Shown piece after piece: positions 47,263-56,451 of a DNA stretch of 64,000 nucleotides. Each line of letters opens with the position of its first letter. The first letter of the stretch is position 1. The notes under the pieces were generated by a model. That model ran no database searches, was not told where the DNA came from, and worked only from the letters and a program-made list of their open reading frames with translations. The stretch is taken from positions 32,001-96,000 of IMG/VR virus record IMGVR_UViG_3300042261_001309, one strand, 5' to 3'. The stretch is from a virus. The translations under genes were made by a program, and so were the position numbers.

Positions 47263-47868
47263 TTAGGGTATAGGTAATTGCTTTGGTAGTGTCTGTTCTA
47301 CCCCACTAACCTGATAGGTCCTGGTGCGATCATGGTCTATGCTAATAAGCTGTGCTTGAACTGACTGCCCACCCATCTTCGGATTAGGAGAAGTGGTAGA
47401 TAACAATAGTTGAAAATCAGTCTGCATAACTACCAGCTGTTTTTCAGCTCTATCAACCGTACCGGCTTTTTCTTCAACTACCACATCCATATAAAATGTG
47501 CCTGGAAGCCAATTCGCATTCACCGATCGAGGAATAAGAATACTGAAAAAACCACTGTCCTTCTGCTCTTCTCGTAAACCTACATTAACAAAAGTATCAC
47601 CCTGCCACAGTACAGTATTGGCATATATCGACTTCTTAACCACAGCATAAACGTCGTATTTACTCAAAGTTACCGGTTGACCTTCTACGTTTAAATAAAA
47701 AGACAATTCAATGTCTGCACCTTGAAAGAATTTAGGAGATTCTTGTTTTGGCGAATTATACTGCGTTGTGCCGTCGAGTATCTTCTTAGTGTAATAACTG
47801 TCAGGTATTCGTTGCATTATTTGCACCTTTTTTCCAATTGTCCTTTGGAATTCTTTACATACCAGCAA
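47263..47868 (-). CDS. Putative baseplate upper (BppU-like) Ig-fold structural protein
   Basis: FFQGAD..F.L..G.PV.L...A.VKK and PGTFYMDV patterns; last gene of the structural operon. Confidence 0.5.
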   Translation of the reverse strand: MLVCKEFQRTIGKKVQIMQRIPDSYYTKKILDGTTQYNSPKQESPKFFQGADIELSFYLNVEGQPVTLSKYDVYAVVKKSIYANTVLWQGDTFVNVGLREEQKDSGFFSILIPRSVNANWLPGTFYMDVVVEEKAGTVDRAEKQLVVMQTDFQLLLSTTSPNPKMGGQSVQAQLISIDHDRTRTYQVSGVEQTLPKQLPIP

Positions 47869-48110
47869 ATTTGGTCCACACCCATGGCTTGCTTTATTTG
47901 ACTGGCTGAATTCTCATCTAATCCAATTATAGCGTTTTCAAAGCTTTTACGATACTGCTGCATCAAGTTGTTTTTAGCGCAGCAGCCTGGTTTATTAAGC
48001 GCATCCAGATATGGCTTTAAATTATTGAAGAACGGAACATTCTTTAACTTCGGATTATTCTGTACCGCTTGAGCAACAGATTCCACAGAACTAAGTACAA
48101 GTGATTTCAT
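47817..48110 (-). CDS. Hypothetical protein
   Basis: 97-aa ORF in the structural operon. Confidence 0.65.
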   Translation of the reverse strand: MKSLVLSSVESVAQAVQNNPKLKNVPFFNNLKPYLDALNKPGCCAKNNLMQQYRKSFENAIIGLDENSASQIKQAMGVDQICWYVKNSKGQLEKRCK

Positions 48111-49153
48111 GTTATATTTGGATTTGGTAATGCTGCCCTAGGTTTACATATATCGGCGGCTTTAAAGCTTAACCCTAAAAATATACGATTATGCTCCTTG
48201 TCTGGAAAGATTGCTACGTTGTCTCCAGCGGTTAATTTAAAATCACCAAAATTTGTAGCCGGCCGTACACCGTTAATAGACGAAATCAGTTCTGAACAAG
48301 GTGCGGTAGCAATATCTGAAAAGAATGAATCGCAAGGCAAAGGATCACCGTAATTACTGCGAGCACCTAAAAACACTGAATTATCCGCTTCGCTTACTTC
48401 TGTCTTAAATTGGTAACCATCAGTAAAATCAATATCTCCGCCTAATGGAGTACCATTAAATCCTAAACTGGTCACTCCTGCCCACTTACCATAAAAATAA
48501 TGACATACGGAATTTTCAAAAAAGATATTTTCAAAAACCAAGTTACGTTTAATCAATTTTAACGATTCACCAAAAACAAGCAAGCTGCCGTCGGCATTAC
48601 GGCAATAATATGGATAAGTAGCGCTCAAGTAAGCAGGCACGGTAAACGTCTGAATTGCTTCGTTATTATGAGCAACCGTAATTACTGCGTCGGTACCTAG
48701 TGTAATGGAATAAAGCTGAATCTCACCTGTTAGCTTAGTCAAAAATACGAGATTGGCATCCAGTATTGTGGACTGTAATGAAGCATTACTTAAATCTGTT
48801 GCGTTATCCTTATTTTCATCTACGCCAGCTAACAACCCTTGAGCTTTAATTATTCTAAACGCACGACTAGATAACGTGGATGCTGGCGCGGGATCTACCG
48901 TAAAGTGCGAACCAGCTAAATTAATCGCAGTAACAGTATACTGCGTAGCGCTATCTAGAAACTGAACAACATCACCTACAGCTATAAGTTCTCGAAAATT
49001 ATTAAACTTAGCAAAACCTGTAGTTTGAATATTTAACCCATTATCGTCGGTTGATGACGGAATCATACTTACGGCGTTATCCACTGTTTGTTTTAATGGA
49101 TACCAACGCAGGCTATTTTCATCCAGCCAATCAAGAACCTGTAAATTAAGCAT
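48107..49153 (-). CDS. Putative baseplate/tail structural protein (paralog 1 of 5)
   Basis: WLDENSLRWYPL and SINGVRP motifs. Confidence 0.65.
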   Translation of the reverse strand: MLNLQVLDWLDENSLRWYPLKQTVDNAVSMIPSSTDDNGLNIQTTGFAKFNNFRELIAVGDVVQFLDSATQYTVTAINLAGSHFTVDPAPASTLSSRAFRIIKAQGLLAGVDENKDNATDLSNASLQSTILDANLVFLTKLTGEIQLYSITLGTDAVITVAHNNEAIQTFTVPAYLSATYPYYCRNADGSLLVFGESLKLIKRNLVFENIFFENSVCHYFYGKWAGVTSLGFNGTPLGGDIDFTDGYQFKTEVSEADNSVFLGARSNYGDPLPCDSFFSDIATAPCSELISSINGVRPATNFGDFKLTAGDNVAIFPDKEHNRIFLGLSFKAADICKPRAALPNPNIT

Positions 49154-49853
49154 AATCGGTTGTTGGTAAAATCTTCACGTTGGCTAACGAAGTCGCTAAT
49201 TTAACCGATAGCCCACCACCATCTGGTATGAACCGTAATACTGGGTTATCCTTTATCTGTATGTTATTCTCAATCGGCGCCTTATGATTTAAGGTCTTTA
49301 ACGCAGTTCCTGCTTCCAGCGGAGGTACTGTGACGGCGTTCCATTCTACCTGCTGATCAGTAATATGATGAAAAATATGCTTAACCCCATTGTCAGCCGT
49401 ATTAAAATTTACTGCACCATAAACACCAGCTATAGAATAAACACCAGCAGAGCCAGATAAATAATTTACGCAAATAGGTAAAAACGGAATATTGATTGTA
49501 TGCACGGTATTAACAAAACGGTCAAACAATTGATATAAGCCCACACCAAAGGATAACGAGCCTAAATAATTATCTGTATTGTCATAAATCTTTACTGAAG
49601 TTAGTGACGCATAGGTGTCCGTGCTAGGTTTGGTTAACGTAATAGCGTAATCCACAGCCGCTATAGTTAACGTTAACGTAGCTACAGTATAAGTAACGGC
49701 TAATGACTTAAATACAGGTAGGCTTCCTTCAAATTGAACAAAGTTTGCGTCTACCAATAAATCGGCAATAAACAACGGTGAGGATAACGGATACGCATTA
49801 TTACTGTGTTCGTTACGCCATTCTAATACCCCGTATAAATTTTCCATGCTCAT
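49146..49853 (-). CDS. Putative baseplate/tail structural protein (paralog 2 of 5)
   Basis: WRNEHSNNAYPL and TLNHKAP motifs. Confidence 0.65.
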   Translation of the reverse strand: MSMENLYGVLEWRNEHSNNAYPLSSPLFIADLLVDANFVQFEGSLPVFKSLAVTYTVATLTLTIAAVDYAITLTKPSTDTYASLTSVKIYDNTDNYLGSLSFGVGLYQLFDRFVNTVHTINIPFLPICVNYLSGSAGVYSIAGVYGAVNFNTADNGVKHIFHHITDQQVEWNAVTVPPLEAGTALKTLNHKAPIENNIQIKDNPVLRFIPDGGGLSVKLATSLANVKILPTTDYA

Positions 49854-50758
49854 GGATTGCTAAACCTGCTAGACCATTGTGGCCAACTCTTCCATTCCTC
49901 TACAGCCAAGGCTAAGTTAGCCATTTCCAAATTCAAGTAATAAATGTTAGTGATGTTCTTAGGTGGAACGTTTTTGTAATTCTCACTACACAGATCTTCA
50001 AATTTAATATCTGCTACTTCAACTTTAATGCCACTCGCCGCATCATTGGCAATTGAAAGAACCGAGACTACTACTGGTTTAATACCGAAGATATCAATAT
50101 TGCCGTTTGCGTCTGGTGGCACATCGTTAATACTACCAATAACCGGTGTAGTACAATTACCAAAAGAAAAACTTTTATCACCTCTAGAATACAACGAAGG
50201 CTTATTAATTACGTTAAGTAAAATTTCACCAATAACAGTCGTGTCTAAATTTTTAATATTATCCAGCACTAATGAAATATTTCCGGTGACTGTATTTCCT
50301 CTACAACTAATAGACGTAACCACTGGGGTAGGCACTACCGTAATTAATGACTCCTCTATTTGCGTAGTGGCTGTATCGTAAGTGTCGGCCGTAAAATCAA
50401 AGTTCCCTTGTAAGGGTTCCAGTACCGCCAGTTCACCAAATACAATTTGCCCTGATACGCCATAACCAATACCAGTTAAATTAACTAACTGATAATCATC
50501 CGTAAGCGCGGTATTAAATACACCCAAACTTAACGTAGCCTCAGAAATTAATTTACAAGATACTGTTACACTTATAGCTGTACCTTCAACGACTACTCGC
50601 TCTACAAATATACGTCGATACAAATAAGGTACCGACATCTTTAAGCTGGCTATTAAATTATCCGGTAAACTCTGCCCGGCTACACCGATACACGTGACCC
50701 CTTGTTTAAACGGGTATTTACGTAATAGATTCTTATTTAAAAATGGAACACGCAGCAT
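49850..50758 (-). CDS. Putative baseplate/tail structural protein (paralog 3 of 5)
   Basis: FLNKNLLRKYPF and SINDVPPDANGNI motifs. Confidence 0.65.
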   Translation of the reverse strand: MLRVPFLNKNLLRKYPFKQGVTCIGVAGQSLPDNLIASLKMSVPYLYRRIFVERVVVEGTAISVTVSCKLISEATLSLGVFNTALTDDYQLVNLTGIGYGVSGQIVFGELAVLEPLQGNFDFTADTYDTATTQIEESLITVVPTPVVTSISCRGNTVTGNISLVLDNIKNLDTTVIGEILLNVINKPSLYSRGDKSFSFGNCTTPVIGSINDVPPDANGNIDIFGIKPVVVSVLSIANDAASGIKVEVADIKFEDLCSENYKNVPPKNITNIYYLNLEMANLALAVEEWKSWPQWSSRFSNP

Positions 50759-50759
50759 A

Positions 50760-52628
50760 TTAATCTACGGTAAAAGTAAGCCTAGTTGCACCGGTAGGCC
50801 CTGGATAATAATATGTGGTGCCTCCATTTGTTAAAGCCATATTAGCTGTAATAGCCAACGATACATCTGCAGTTAAACCTGTTTCTGACTTGGCTTCAAA
50901 TTGAATTACTTGCCGATCTGGAAAGGTAAGTTGTGCTGCATTTAATACCAACCGAGCGGGATTAATGCCTGACTTCATCGACGGAATTAATGCCGTAGAT
51001 ACTCCGTTGGATATACGATAAGCTGTGCCAGCAATAAAATTAAATGGAAGCGCCAAATCAACAACCAATGACGTGGGCTTATTTTCCAAAATAGGATTCG
51101 CTAAGGTAGTCAAACAAGTGAACAATTCAAAAGTCACCTGATACCGAAAATAAGGGGCCTCAGCTTCCTCGTCATATATCCGCCGGCTTTTAACATTGAA
51201 ATATATGTCATTCGGTAAGATTACACAGCGCTTATAAGCTGTGCTAGGCATTGTCGAACCTTCTTGCCTTAATCTCCACTCTATAGATGATGCAGTATTA
51301 TTTGTAGTAGGTAATGTAAATCCAGAAGACAGAGTTACCACGTCTCGGCAATCAATAGACCGATTAGTAAAATATTGTACACCACTCGCTACGGTAGGAT
51401 CAGTAACTAATGAAGGTGACAGGCTATAATCCGCCATCTTCTCTTTTACTGTAGTTTTACCGTATAACTGCGTCCAACCGGTCCAACTCGATGGATTAAT
51501 ATCGGGATATAAAGATTTGTCTACTTGCTGTATGCGAGCGCCAACGATTGGTGAACCGCTAGTATTGGTAGCTGTAGGTAAAGCAGTTAAAGTAAGATTT
51601 AACTTAGACCGATTAGGATCGTAAATACCTACCACAAACGACAAAGTGCTCTTACCTGCGCTCGTATAAGCCGCGTAATCTGCTTCGATATACGGAGCGT
51701 GCATAGCCGCCTTGGCTTCCTGTGCGGCCTTATACGCATTAAACTGCGTAGTAAAATCAGCCACCACAGCTTTAATGTACGTATTTAAATCCTGCATACC
51801 GTGACGTAAGCGATTAATGTAATACGCGAGATTTTGTACTTCCTGGGCATCACAAATAATATCCCGACACGGGAAATCGACGAATATCTTATGATCGGTT
51901 ACGCGATTGGTTATGTAATGACAACTATCTGCTGAAAGCAGTAAATTGCCTAGGCTGTCAGCTGTTGAATCATTAATCCGAAGAATTTCGCCATCGTAAG
52001 CTGCACAAGCGTTATATAAACCCGAACCGCTGTCTTTTAATACATCCAGATAAAACGAACTGTCATTTATCTGCGTGCCAGTAATGTTAGCCTGTGCTTT
52101 TAAATTAACAATATCCGCTATACCAAACGAGTAAATTTCAGCACCATCGTAATTCTTAAAAGTAGTAGAAATTACCTGGGCGACCGGATTAATAATTGTA
52201 GATGAACAAAACTCAGCCGTACAAACTGAGTCGAAATCAGAAGGCAAGGCATAAGCCGTACCATGTAACATAGCCGGTATGCTGTCACCTGTGATAAATC
52301 TAAAAAAGGCACCATCGCTGGTTACGGTACTTACTTGTTGGGCTGCTGTAGGAAACGGTACAACGAAACTAAAAGTATGCCTAGAACCATCGGCGTACAA
52401 ACCGACAATGTCCAGCATTATTACTGGGTCAACCTCAGATCTAAAAGCAATTAACTTCTTTAATACCGCCCTATTGATTGGCTGATCGTAAGCGACCAAT
52501 TGAAAATCTAAAAACGCGTCAATCGGCAAAGGCGCACGAGTGCTAATTACTTGAGCCAAAGTACAGCTATCTTTAAACGGATAATTGACCCGGCTATTCG
52601 TAGTTAAATATTCAAGTATATCTGACAT
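50760..52628 (-). CDS. Putative baseplate/tail structural protein (paralog 4 of 5)
   Basis: YLTTNSRVNYPF and RINDSTADSLGNL motifs. Confidence 0.65.
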   Translation of the reverse strand: MSDILEYLTTNSRVNYPFKDSCTLAQVISTRAPLPIDAFLDFQLVAYDQPINRAVLKKLIAFRSEVDPVIMLDIVGLYADGSRHTFSFVVPFPTAAQQVSTVTSDGAFFRFITGDSIPAMLHGTAYALPSDFDSVCTAEFCSSTIINPVAQVISTTFKNYDGAEIYSFGIADIVNLKAQANITGTQINDSSFYLDVLKDSGSGLYNACAAYDGEILRINDSTADSLGNLLLSADSCHYITNRVTDHKIFVDFPCRDIICDAQEVQNLAYYINRLRHGMQDLNTYIKAVVADFTTQFNAYKAAQEAKAAMHAPYIEADYAAYTSAGKSTLSFVVGIYDPNRSKLNLTLTALPTATNTSGSPIVGARIQQVDKSLYPDINPSSWTGWTQLYGKTTVKEKMADYSLSPSLVTDPTVASGVQYFTNRSIDCRDVVTLSSGFTLPTTNNTASSIEWRLRQEGSTMPSTAYKRCVILPNDIYFNVKSRRIYDEEAEAPYFRYQVTFELFTCLTTLANPILENKPTSLVVDLALPFNFIAGTAYRISNGVSTALIPSMKSGINPARLVLNAAQLTFPDRQVIQFEAKSETGLTADVSLAITANMALTNGGTTYYYPGPTGATRLTFTVD

Positions 52629-53525
52629 TTAGGAGCAGGTGCATTGCACGCCAACCAATGTTCCAAACTGCGTTACTAGATTAGTCATTTGCATATAATG
52701 CTCACGCAGCTTTAGCATATCGGTCTCAATCGTCATTGCGCGTTCAGTGAGATCGTTAATTTCTTCACAACCCAAACACGGCTTACAACAAGTATTGGTA
52801 ATATTTAGCGTATTACTGGCGGCTCCAGTTATCTGAATACAGCCATCGTTAGACAAGATACTGATTTTACCGTTAGCGTCAGGCCCAACGTTATTAATAA
52901 ACCGAATCGGCGGCGCGACCGTAGTACAAGGTGCGTTTAAGCCTAGTCCGTCGCCTGCGTCAATATTTACAACGTTACCGTCAGATAGCCTAAACTTAAC
53001 ATTTGCCCTAGCTACAAAAGTTACATTACCAGTTAATGAAAAGTTTGTTCCATCTGCATTAATAAAATGGAATCTGGAAATGCTGCCTTGGTACGGCACG
53101 ATAGTACGCATTTCTACTTCTGTTGAAGTAATAGCAAATGTAAACGTGCCGGTTAACGTACTTTGAAGCCCCGTCAGGGTACCTACGGTTAATTTACCGG
53201 TAGCGCCAACATAACCCGCTGATGGGATAAGGTAATAATCCTTATATAATGTGTGTGCGCTTACTGGAATAACAAATGAACCTAACGCTACACTGGAATC
53301 ATCCATAAGCGTAAGCGTTACTTGATCCGTATGGTTTATCAATTCGCTAATGTAAAACCGCTTTGTTGGATCTGCACTAGCAGCCAATGATAAATCAACT
53401 AGGAAGTCATTTGGAATTACAAACGCCACCCCACTGGTGGTACTTGTTCTATCCACCCCTTCCTTTAACGGAAAATTCCGCAACGTGTTAAGGTTGAGGA
53501 AATCCAGATTTTCAACGTAAGGCAT
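52629..53525 (-). CDS. Putative baseplate/tail structural protein (paralog 5 of 5)
   Basis: FLNLNTLRNFPL, FINNVGPDANGKI and CCKPCLGC followed by a coiled coil. Confidence 0.65.
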   Translation of the reverse strand: MPYVENLDFLNLNTLRNFPLKEGVDRTSTTSGVAFVIPNDFLVDLSLAASADPTKRFYISELINHTDQVTLTLMDDSSVALGSFVIPVSAHTLYKDYYLIPSAGYVGATGKLTVGTLTGLQSTLTGTFTFAITSTEVEMRTIVPYQGSISRFHFINADGTNFSLTGNVTFVARANVKFRLSDGNVVNIDAGDGLGLNAPCTTVAPPIRFINNVGPDANGKISILSNDGCIQITGAASNTLNITNTCCKPCLGCEEINDLTERAMTIETDMLKLREHYMQMTNLVTQFGTLVGVQCTCS

Positions 53526-53529
53526 AATC

Positions 53530-55842
53530 TTAGCTGATTGTCCAATAGGTGCCTAATACACAGAAAGGACCAGTGAAACCGGTTTTTAGCCGATGAATTC
53601 TGAAATTAACAAAGGCATGTCCGGCTAATTCAGAAACAGGAATTTTAAACTCGGGCACAGAAATCAAATAAAACGCATCTTTAGCTTTACCGGTAAGCGA
53701 ATAAGTAATAGGCGATACCGACGTTATACCGCTTTGAATAAGCGCGGTTGACTTCGTTATGGCATAGTCAAATTTAAAGCTCAAAGCCGAAGAAGGAGCG
53801 GTCTTAAAAAAGCCATAAAGCTGCAGCCTTAAAAATGCATCCGATCCTACAGATGGCAATACTTCAGGTAATAAGAACTTACCCACATAACCACAGGGCG
53901 CCATATTGTAATCCAATGTGAGGTATGAATGTAAACCAGTGTATTCCAACCGCGACCCTTCCGGCTCCACAGATAGAACTAAGTTTGAAAAAGCAGAATC
54001 AAAGCTAATCGCACATTCGCCAGTAATATCATTAGTTAATGCCTGAATACCTCCATAGCCGATAATACGCGTAACCGCTGGACCAACCTCAACATCCATT
54101 TTGGCTGTAGTATTATTCCAAGCCAATTTTTTAACCGCTTGAGCGGTATATGGAACTAATGCAGAATAACCCGTTGGAACTGTAACCGCTGTATCTGCAA
54201 CCTGTAACTCAGTATTGAACGGTAGGTCGAATTGTACCGTTAAATCGCCGTGAGTTGCTTCAGTTGCTGTAGTGGTATCTAAGAAGGTTAACACTCCGGT
54301 AGCTTTTTTAACCGCACCATCTTCTGGTTGTAAAGACGTAACTACAATATCCTTTAAATCTGGTGCAGCCTTAGTAAACTGCAGTACCATAGTTGGCCGG
54401 CTTTCCTTCCAACCTCTGGCGCTTATGTTTATGGAATTATCAGCCCAGCTCTTAGGCGTATGCTGCAAATAAATCGTACCTGTCCCAGCAGATGTAAAAT
54501 CAACCGCATGTTCATCTTCAGTTTTTAAAGTAATCAACGCTCCATTAACTGTGCGAACATAATAAGTAGTGTACTCCGTCAAGGATCCATTAACGCTGTT
54601 AATAGTAACATTCGGCATCGTTGTATCACTGGCGCCATCGTCAAGCGCAGCTAAACCTTTAATAAATCTCACAGGATCATCCGCAGCTAAACCATGCGCA
54701 GTATAACTGCCACCACCTTTTTTATACGTAAGCGTAATCTCGTCACTAGTTGTATTTACCGTAGCAACAATTGTACGATTAAGGTTGCTATCCCAAGGCT
54801 GAGTTCCGTCGCTGGCTAATCCACTTGCATCCCCATACCACCAAATACCGGCGTTGTTTAAACACCATTGTCCACCATCTGTAGCTGACCGACGATATGG
54901 GAGCGCAACACCGTTAACAAACAGCGAAGCATGGATACCCGGCATGAACGGCCCTAAAGCCCTATTTGCTACTTTGGCTTCTGCTTTTTCTAATGCCGTA
55001 AGCCCTGCATCGGCATCGATTGTAGAATCTGAAGTTGGTAACCAATAATAAAATAATGCTGTACCTATACCTGCACTAGGCGCAAGTGATTGGATAGCTG
55101 AGGGTAGTTGATCACACGGAATCCAACCAACACGTTTTTGAATATCGACTGCAGAATCGGTAACTCCAGTATCTCGCGCCCAAACACCAGCCGTTAATTT
55201 AGGTGTAAACGCGGGACGATCTAATAACGTAAAGCGGTAATTATAATATAGCGTGTTTAAACCATCCGGGCTGGGATTCAAAAAGATATTGTGCAGGTCT
55301 AACGCAAATCCGGCATAAACCATTAATCCTGCAGGAGAAAACGTTAATTTACCGGCTTCGAAATTAGACAAAAACAACGGACCAGAATTTTTAACGGGTA
55401 CGCCGGACGTAAAATTATCGCTATCCAATACGGCCGATAAAATATACTTTTCAGAAATTAAGCCAAACGTATATACGTCTTTTTCGGTAGCACTATCCGG
55501 CTCGATGGCGGTAATGCCCAACATATAGGCGCTGTCGCCAGGCCGGATGTTCTGCTGAGAATTATCGAGTGTAGCCGTAATAAAGGCTGGTTTAAGCCCA
55601 TCATCAGTCGGATCATAATATACTGCCATGTTAGAAACTACGCCGGCACCAGCTACTACCGGCTGAGAATATAGCCTCAATAATGACTTACTGGAAACAC
55701 CAGCAAACTGCTCGTACAAAAATTGCGTGCGATCAGCTAAAGCATCAATGATAGGATTCATTGTGCTAGCGCTAACCGGGCTACCATCAACAGTGGCAGT
55801 TTGATCTACGATTCTATCAATATTCGAAACCCAGGTGCTCAT
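53530..55842 (-). CDS. Putative baseplate/tail-fibre attachment structural protein
   Basis: N-terminal DG.PV.A...N.PI..LADRT.FL motif typical of fibre/baseplate anchors; beta-rich. Confidence 0.6.
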   Translation of the reverse strand: MSTWVSNIDRIVDQTATVDGSPVSASTMNPIIDALADRTQFLYEQFAGVSSKSLLRLYSQPVVAGAGVVSNMAVYYDPTDDGLKPAFITATLDNSQQNIRPGDSAYMLGITAIEPDSATEKDVYTFGLISEKYILSAVLDSDNFTSGVPVKNSGPLFLSNFEAGKLTFSPAGLMVYAGFALDLHNIFLNPSPDGLNTLYYNYRFTLLDRPAFTPKLTAGVWARDTGVTDSAVDIQKRVGWIPCDQLPSAIQSLAPSAGIGTALFYYWLPTSDSTIDADAGLTALEKAEAKVANRALGPFMPGIHASLFVNGVALPYRRSATDGGQWCLNNAGIWWYGDASGLASDGTQPWDSNLNRTIVATVNTTSDEITLTYKKGGGSYTAHGLAADDPVRFIKGLAALDDGASDTTMPNVTINSVNGSLTEYTTYYVRTVNGALITLKTEDEHAVDFTSAGTGTIYLQHTPKSWADNSINISARGWKESRPTMVLQFTKAAPDLKDIVVTSLQPEDGAVKKATGVLTFLDTTTATEATHGDLTVQFDLPFNTELQVADTAVTVPTGYSALVPYTAQAVKKLAWNNTTAKMDVEVGPAVTRIIGYGGIQALTNDITGECAISFDSAFSNLVLSVEPEGSRLEYTGLHSYLTLDYNMAPCGYVGKFLLPEVLPSVGSDAFLRLQLYGFFKTAPSSALSFKFDYAITKSTALIQSGITSVSPITYSLTGKAKDAFYLISVPEFKIPVSELAGHAFVNFRIHRLKTGFTGPFCVLGTYWTIS

Positions 55843-55855
55843 GATTTTATATTAT

Positions 55856-56434
55856 TTAGGACGTAATTTTAACACCCCAGCTAACCGCCAAATTATCGGC
55901 TGACGTATAAGTGAAAGCATCAAAGACTAATTTAGAAAACAATTGGTCTGAGGGATGATTTAATATGTTCTCAGTTGCGTTTCCGCAAGCAGCCAAACCT
56001 GCGCCATAAAATTGACTCTCTCCACTTGATAATGCTGCATAAGCAGGGCACCGATAGGCCTCTGCGTTATTTAATACAATTGAAAATACTACAATGTTAT
56101 TTGCGTATGTAGCCCCTGAGGCTGTGTAGCTGGCCGGTAACGTTAGAGGTACGCGTAAATAATTATGCTCTGCGCCGGTTGTAAATGTAGTATCCGCCTT
56201 AGCAGGACTAGTTACCACGGCGCTGTTATTCCTGAAAGCCAAGTACAAATGTGAAATTTTAGAATTAGCCGCGCCAGCCAAACAACGAGCCAATACATCT
56301 GCGCCACGGTATAACACCATATTGCGCTTATCAACCACCAATTGACGGTTACCTTTATCGTCAATTTTCCAAATCTTTACAAAACCAGCAATACCGTCAG
56401 GTAGGACAATATTTTCAAAATTTAAATCAGCCAT
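55856..56434 (-). CDS. Putative baseplate/tail-collar protein
   Basis: G.V.I, NMVLY.GA..LA and C-terminal LFSK...VSW pattern. Confidence 0.55.
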   Translation of the reverse strand: MADLNFENIVLPDGIAGFVKIWKIDDKGNRQLVVDKRNMVLYRGADVLARCLAGAANSKISHLYLAFRNNSAVVTSPAKADTTFTTGAEHNYLRVPLTLPASYTASGATYANNIVVFSIVLNNAEAYRCPAYAALSSGESQFYGAGLAACGNATENILNHPSDQLFSKLVFDAFTYTSADNLAVSWGVKITS

Positions 56435-56451
56435 ATGTCAATTCTAACGAG

